DNA of 64,000 nucleotides from Trypanosoma brucei (Eukaryota): NCBI GenBank assembly GCA_000002445.1, contig CP000067.1, positions 1,526,433 to 1,590,432 of the forward strand, read 5' to 3'. Shown piece by piece: positions 59,493 to 64,000 of this stretch (position 1 is its first letter; each line of letters starts with the position of its first letter). The notes under the pieces were generated by a model. It saw only the letters and a program-made list of their open reading frames with translations, ran no database searches and was not told where the DNA came from. The position numbers and the translations under genes were made by a program.

Positions 59493-61084
59493 TCACAAAT
59501 TACATTGCATCACAAAAGCAGTAACCGTAATTACAGCGAATTTCTTTTTTGCAAGAAAACTGGAAGAGCGGCGCTCCTGCTTGGGGAGCTTTCCAGTACC
59601 ATAAACAAAATCAATCCATCCACATACTGCGTTATGATACGGTTTTACATCCTTTTTTTCCGCTTCACTGGCCTGCCGGGTTTGGTGCTTACTGCAATCA
59701 CTCAGGTATTTGTCTCTCCCGTACCTGCTGCTGGGGTTTCTTTTCCTGGTTTAGGTTTGCATTCCTTTTTGGTGACGTCGTAGTTGCAGTGAGTTTCTGG
59801 GCATTCCTCCGCTGTTGTGTTTTTTGGTTTGCATTTATTCTGTTCTTCTACTGGCTTTGACTGGCTTGGGTGTTTGGCTTGATGTGTGCCTATTGCCTGG
59901 GCCGAGGCCGCTGCATGCTTGATGCTGGTGTTTACTTTTTCTGCTTCTGCTTTAATCTGAATTAGTATTTGCACTGTTGCTGTTTTCTTGTTTTCCATGT
60001 ATTTTAGCGTCGATACAAGGTCTGTCAAGTCATGAACCCACTTTACTTTTTGTAGGGCTTGGACCGCGTTCGTGTTGAAATTTGGAAATTTCACACAGAT
60101 ACCGCTGCCACTGCTGCCGTTGCATTCGGAGCTTTCGAAGGTTTCGAGGTAACCATGGCTTGATTCGACGTGAGTTAATTTTCTGACCGCTTTAATGCGA
60201 CTTCAAAGTTCATGGTGGCTTATTTTTGTGCCCTTCATGACGGATCAGCTTTCCGCAACCGTTTTGAGCTCGATGTCGCTGGGGTTAGTGCCCGAGTCGG
60301 CGGATTTTTTCCAAGCACTGCCGCCGTCTGTACCTTTCGAGCATACAGGCGGGTTTACCGCATTTGTCCCTTTGTCGCACACGCATGCCAGCATTTCCAG
60401 GGCTGTGGCCGCCTTGGATGTCCTAGTTTCTGCTGTACAGAGGGATTCGCGGTTGCGTGAACTTGCACTGCCGAACACAGCATTGTGCGCCGGGTTAGGT
60501 GAGGGTTTCGTGGCTTTACCGTAGATCGCAGTGTTTATCGCGCTCGTTATGTCCGCCGTTGTTATGGTTTTAGTCGTTTTAGCTTCTGTTGCGTAGCGCT
60601 TCCTTAGGTATTTCATCTATGACGCCGCATGATTTATCTCTGTCCGAGAAGTTATGAGCCCTTTCTCGGTTAGTGCCGCAGCGCCGGTCGCCTTAATTTT
60701 GTCTTTCACTAGATCGGTTGTTATTGCTTGTGCGGCTTTCTTCCAGTCGTTCCAGAAATTCTCATAGCCTAGACCTGTTTTCTGGGCTTCATTTGTGGTG
60801 TCGTGAACTGCTTTTGTGTCTTTTCCCTTGTAGACAAGTGATTTCTATGCTGGTGTTGACACTGAGAAATTCAAGTCTTGTATGAACTGGTGCTCGTCGT
60901 CTGTGAGTAGTGGTATAACTGGTATCTCGATATATGCATCGGTTAGCGCGATAATGTTACAAACGGCCGCCTGCTCTGCTCCGTTCGCGTCGGCGACTAT
61001 GTTTGCTGCTTGCGCCATGCTGCATAAAGTTAGCGCTGCTAAAAACACTAGTGTTGCTTGCTTCGGTTTCTGATAGCGATTCAT
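59493..61084 (-). pseudogene. VSG pseudogene (signal peptide MNRYQKPKQATLVFLAALTLCSMAQA; several frameshifts; GPI signal SSSFLAKKKFAVITVTAFVMQCNL)
   Basis: Minus ORFs 60845-61228 (contains the signal peptide and AAVCNIIALTDAY), 60245-60616 (..LACVCDKGTNAV..) and 59702-60094 (Cys-rich C-terminal domain). The tail is read from 59493-59700. Confidence 0.7.
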
Positions 61085-61317
61085 CCACCGCATTCGGTTA
61101 TTTTCACCTTTATTGCTTTGTATGGTTGTGAGATGAGGAGAAAAGTAAGCTTTGCCGCTTGTCATTGTGTGGTTCAAGCGAAACAGTTTACAGTGGTTAA
61201 ACTTTTGTGCATACCATGTGAATATCAACAGTTGTATTCGTGTCAGAAGGTTGTTCGGTGCCGCGTAGTCGGCTTAGGGGTCAGCGCTGTCGTCGTAGCG
61301 TTGAAACTCGTGTTCAG

Positions 61318-62187
61318 TCACGCGTATTCCTCCTCTGCAATGTGGTGGAAAACAATAAGGTTAGGATTCTCTCTTACAAATTTATGTAATGGTCTTTTCA
61401 CGTGCATCACATAATGACAATCTTGTATATCCACTGTCAGCAAACTATCAAGCTTCATTTTGTGCCTTAATACCTCCCCAACCATAATATCTTCATTCGA
61501 AGCAGCATAATCAATATATTTCTCAAAGTTTCTAAAGCTGATCTTTCTGACTAACAGTTTGGAAATTTCCAAAAAGCCAACTATTTCTTTTACGACATCT
61601 CTTGAAATTGTGTTCGCATACCCAACAACATACCATGTCATTTTGTCAATATACTCGTCAAGTTCACCCAATGCCCTTCCCATATTCAATTTCCCTCGTG
61701 GAAGAACCTCCAGATATTTTAGGTACAATGGCGCCCTCATAAAAATGTCATCATCTGCCTTCATTATATATGGATTAGTTGACTTGAATGTCTCAACTGC
61801 CAATTTGAACCACAGATACGTTTTTCTACTCATAGTGAGCTCCGCTTCCCATCCCCAATTACCCGCGTCTCCCACTTTTTTGCTTGTTGTCGGATTGACA
61901 TCACAAACAGGAAAAATAATAACATCCTGATTTAACTTCGCCTCTTCTTCAACAATATCTCTGAGTACGCAATTGTTATTTGTATGAGCTGAAAGAGCAT
62001 ATACTATAAGCAACTTCCCAGTAAAATTATTTGATTTCCTCGACACTTCATGGTAACTCCAACACGTTTCTCTCTGTAGATTCCTTCTTATAAATCTCTC
62101 ATCATTATCTATTGAATGTATTCCAGCCACAACTAAATAATCTTCAGTTCTCCAAATCCTCCTTACACCCTTGGAAACAAATCTCAT
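61318..62187 (-). CDS. GT31 / Galactosyl_T-like beta-1,3-glycosyltransferase family member (the trypanosome UDP-Gal/UDP-GlcNAc-dependent glycosyltransferase family), N-terminally truncated ORF (289 aa, no TM anchor); likely pseudogene
   Basis: Family motifs are read directly: LVVAGIHSIDNDERFIRRNLQRETCW (start of the catalytic domain), YLWFKLAVETF, the DxD motif KADDDIFM, and SNEDIMVGEVL (the EDV-x-VG motif). The in-frame upstream reading hits a stop about 30 codons before the first Met, and no N-terminal TM segment is present. Confidence 0.6.
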   Translation of the reverse strand: MRFVSKGVRRIWRTEDYLVVAGIHSIDNDERFIRRNLQRETCWSYHEVSRKSNNFTGKLLIVYALSAHTNNNCVLRDIVEEEAKLNQDVIIFPVCDVNPTTSKKVGDAGNWGWEAELTMSRKTYLWFKLAVETFKSTNPYIMKADDDIFMRAPLYLKYLEVLPRGKLNMGRALGELDEYIDKMTWYVVGYANTISRDVVKEIVGFLEISKLLVRKISFRNFEKYIDYAASNEDIMVGEVLRHKMKLDSLLTVDIQDCHYVMHVKRPLHKFVRENPNLIVFHHIAEEEYA

Positions 62188-62740
62188 ACACTCATCTTCA
62201 AGAATTGCTAGCGATATGGAATCATTTTGATTAAAAAACTATATAGCGAAGCAAAAAAATTAATTCTCATAACAATAAAAGAAAAACAGCATACTCTTTC
62301 ACAAATATATTCAGTGTACTTCATAAGATACTACTTTTATCCTAATGATAACTTTAAATATCCTAAAAAATGATAAAAGACCTTAAAGGATATATCAGTT
62401 GCGACAATAATATTATTAAAGAAGCCACGTGTTTACATATAAAAGTGATACATTGATATTATAATAATATAGATATTGTATGGTGTACACTAGGTGGCAA
62501 CAGCCTATCTTTGAGTATGCATCTACATTTTTTGTTTTACAAGTTACATTCAAGAAAAAATACTCCTACACGCTAGAAAAGTCACTACATACATTGTTAT
62601 CGGAATCAAAGTAGTAAGATACAATACTTCCCCTCACGCATACTATGAATTTTGAAAGTAATTTGTTCTAAATTAAATAATCCCTGTTGGTTTCATGAGA
62701 CTAGTATCTGCGTCATCTTATCAGCTATTGCTGTTATTGT

Positions 62741-62817
62741 TGTTGAAACTATTATCTTCTCAGCAGTATTTTTAATGTGTAAGTGAACATACTGCTGAGA
62801 AGATAATAGTTTCAACA
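62741..62817. repeat. Perfect 29-bp inverted repeat (hairpin-capable), arms 62741-62769 and 62789-62817, with a 19-nt spacer
   Basis: TGTTGAAACTATTATCTTCTCAGCAGTAT ... ATACTGCTGAGAAGATAATAGTTTCAACA; the arms are exact reverse complements. Confidence 0.9.
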
Positions 62818-63169
62818 TCATTTTGTCGCTTGGTGTGTTGTTGCATGTTTTCACCTTATTCTCTATTGCCGTCAGCTAACCCAGTTCTTGCTGTTCATAC
62901 GCGTGACGAGCCGACTACAAGTTTCAGTTACACTGTACTCTGCCTTTTTCTCGCTGTTTCAATCACTGTTTTGTGTAAATTATTCCCATACTCATCCCTT
63001 TCTGTGAAACGCGGAATATCCAATCACCATTTTTTATATCTTTCCGTAGTTTTAATAATAATATTTCTTTGTATATCCTGTTCTCCTTCAATCAAATCAT
63101 TACTTTTCATCGTTGCAATAGTTTTAAGTACTTCTATTTCTTCCTTGCATTTATTCATAGAAAACACTC

Positions 63170-63250
63170 TCATTATTATAATATTAGTATTTACACACGC
63201 ACAAAACACTCTAATACCATTAGAATTATTATTATAATCTTACCTAAATA
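63170..63250 (-). repeat. 70-bp repeat unit
   Basis: CATTATTATAATATTAGTATTTACACACGCACAAAACACTCTAATACCATTAGAATTATTATTATAATC. Confidence 0.65.
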
Positions 63251-63429
63251 TTCAAAAAATAAGGAAAATAAAAGAATAAATTCAAATTAGTTTAGCATTC
63301 ATTTTCAATACACTATCACCTCGCTACTTTGTGCATACAGGTCAGTACGATACAAAAAAAGTTCACTAACTTTCACAATTTAGTTAAGAAATGTTAAAAT
63401 ATAGTAAGTTCTTGAATATTATCAAAACC

Positions 63430-63830
63430 ATTAAAATAGTAAACTCATAAAAGGAACAGCAATCAGGGCCAATATTTTGTTTACTAGGAAACTACCATTT
63501 CGATACTTTTCTGTTCCCTTATCATCCTCGTTATCTTTACCCTTTCTCCATCCACAGTTTTGTTTGCCGTCTGTTTTGTCATTTTCACAAGAGCCTTTAT
63601 CTTCGTGCGTTGCACATCTAGCTGCAGCTTCTTCTTCTTTTGGTGCCTGTCCTGTTCCTGCTTCTTTGGTTTCTGCTCCTGCTTTAGGTTTGCATTCTTT
63701 TTTGTTGTCATCATAGTCGCAACCGGCAGCTGCGCATCCTTCTGTGGTTTTGCTCGTGATAGCTTTGCATTTATTCTGTTCTTTCGCTGTTAGCTTTTGA
63801 AGAGATCCCTTTTGTAAGCCGTAGAACTGA
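63430..63830 (-). pseudogene. VSG C-terminal fragment (EKQNKCK-type C-terminal-domain junction, Cys-rich C-terminal domain, GPI signal RNGSFLVNKILALIAVPFMSLLF)
   Basis: The minus-strand reading of 63430-63830 is VSG-like. A 16-mer variant AATGTTAAAATATAGTAAG lies near 63395. VSG-like sequence stops abruptly near 63830. Confidence 0.6.
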
Positions 63831-64000
63831 GATTCTCAACCGTAAAATTGGCGTTAATGGCGGCACTGGCTTACTGATAACGAATATAGGAAAAATTTGA
63901 TTGAACATGGCTGGCTGCCGAATAAGGTGGCCAACTGCTTTAAAAAAACCGGTACGCCGTTAAAAAAATATATTTAACAAAGCTACAAATAAAAGAATTC

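Noticed and set aside
63831..64000. Terminal about 170 bp, where VSG-like sequence stops abruptly and the window ends in GAATTC
   Set aside because: It could be a clone or contig boundary (EcoRI site) or ordinary intergenic DNA. There is too little sequence to interpret and no recognisable vector signature I can confirm from memory.
1..64000. tRNA, rRNA, snoRNA, spliced-leader or CRISPR-like periodic repeats
   Set aside because: No cloverleaf-compatible conserved tRNA boxes, rDNA-like conserved stretches or regularly spaced direct repeats were noticed by eye. The only periodic elements are the 70-bp units, which occur singly per cassette.

Overview
This window reads as a subtelomeric silent VSG (variant surface glycoprotein) archive array of an African trypanosome (Trypanosoma brucei-type). 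About 16 VSG genes, pseudogenes or C-terminal fragments lie on the minus strand. Almost every one is followed 3' by the conserved VSG 3'UTR 16-mer (seen on the plus strand as its reverse complement GTGTTAAAATATATCA or a close variant). Successive cassettes are separated by a single degenerate 70-bp-repeat unit (plus strand: TTATAATATTCGTATATACACACTCACAACA followed by TAT/TAA triplets). Most VSGs are pseudogenes with frameshifts or in-frame stops. One (38356-39795) is an intact 479-aa ORF with a signal peptide and GPI-anchor signal. A degenerate ingi non-LTR retrotransposon (about 4.96 kb, plus strand, 23588-28550) has its 5' end abutting a truncated VSG C-terminal fragment. It carries endonuclease, RT (FADD), RNase H and C2H2 zinc-finger domains plus a 2A-like DVEENPGP peptide. 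Non-VSG content includes an N-terminally truncated GT31/Galactosyl_T-like glycosyltransferase gene (61318-62187, minus). Two paralogous pseudogene copies of an unassigned type-II membrane protein family sit at 20685-21797 and 57783-58640. Two homologous A-rich blocks with degenerate CCCTAA/TTAGGG hexamers lie immediately 3' of two VSGs that share their last ~100 coding nt and 3'UTR (14400-14965 and 55320-55900), which points to a segmental duplication or a telomere-derived 3' module. A perfect 29-bp inverted repeat sits at 62741-62817. No rRNA, tRNA or CRISPR features were seen. All calls come from reading the sequence and the ORF track; no database search was possible.
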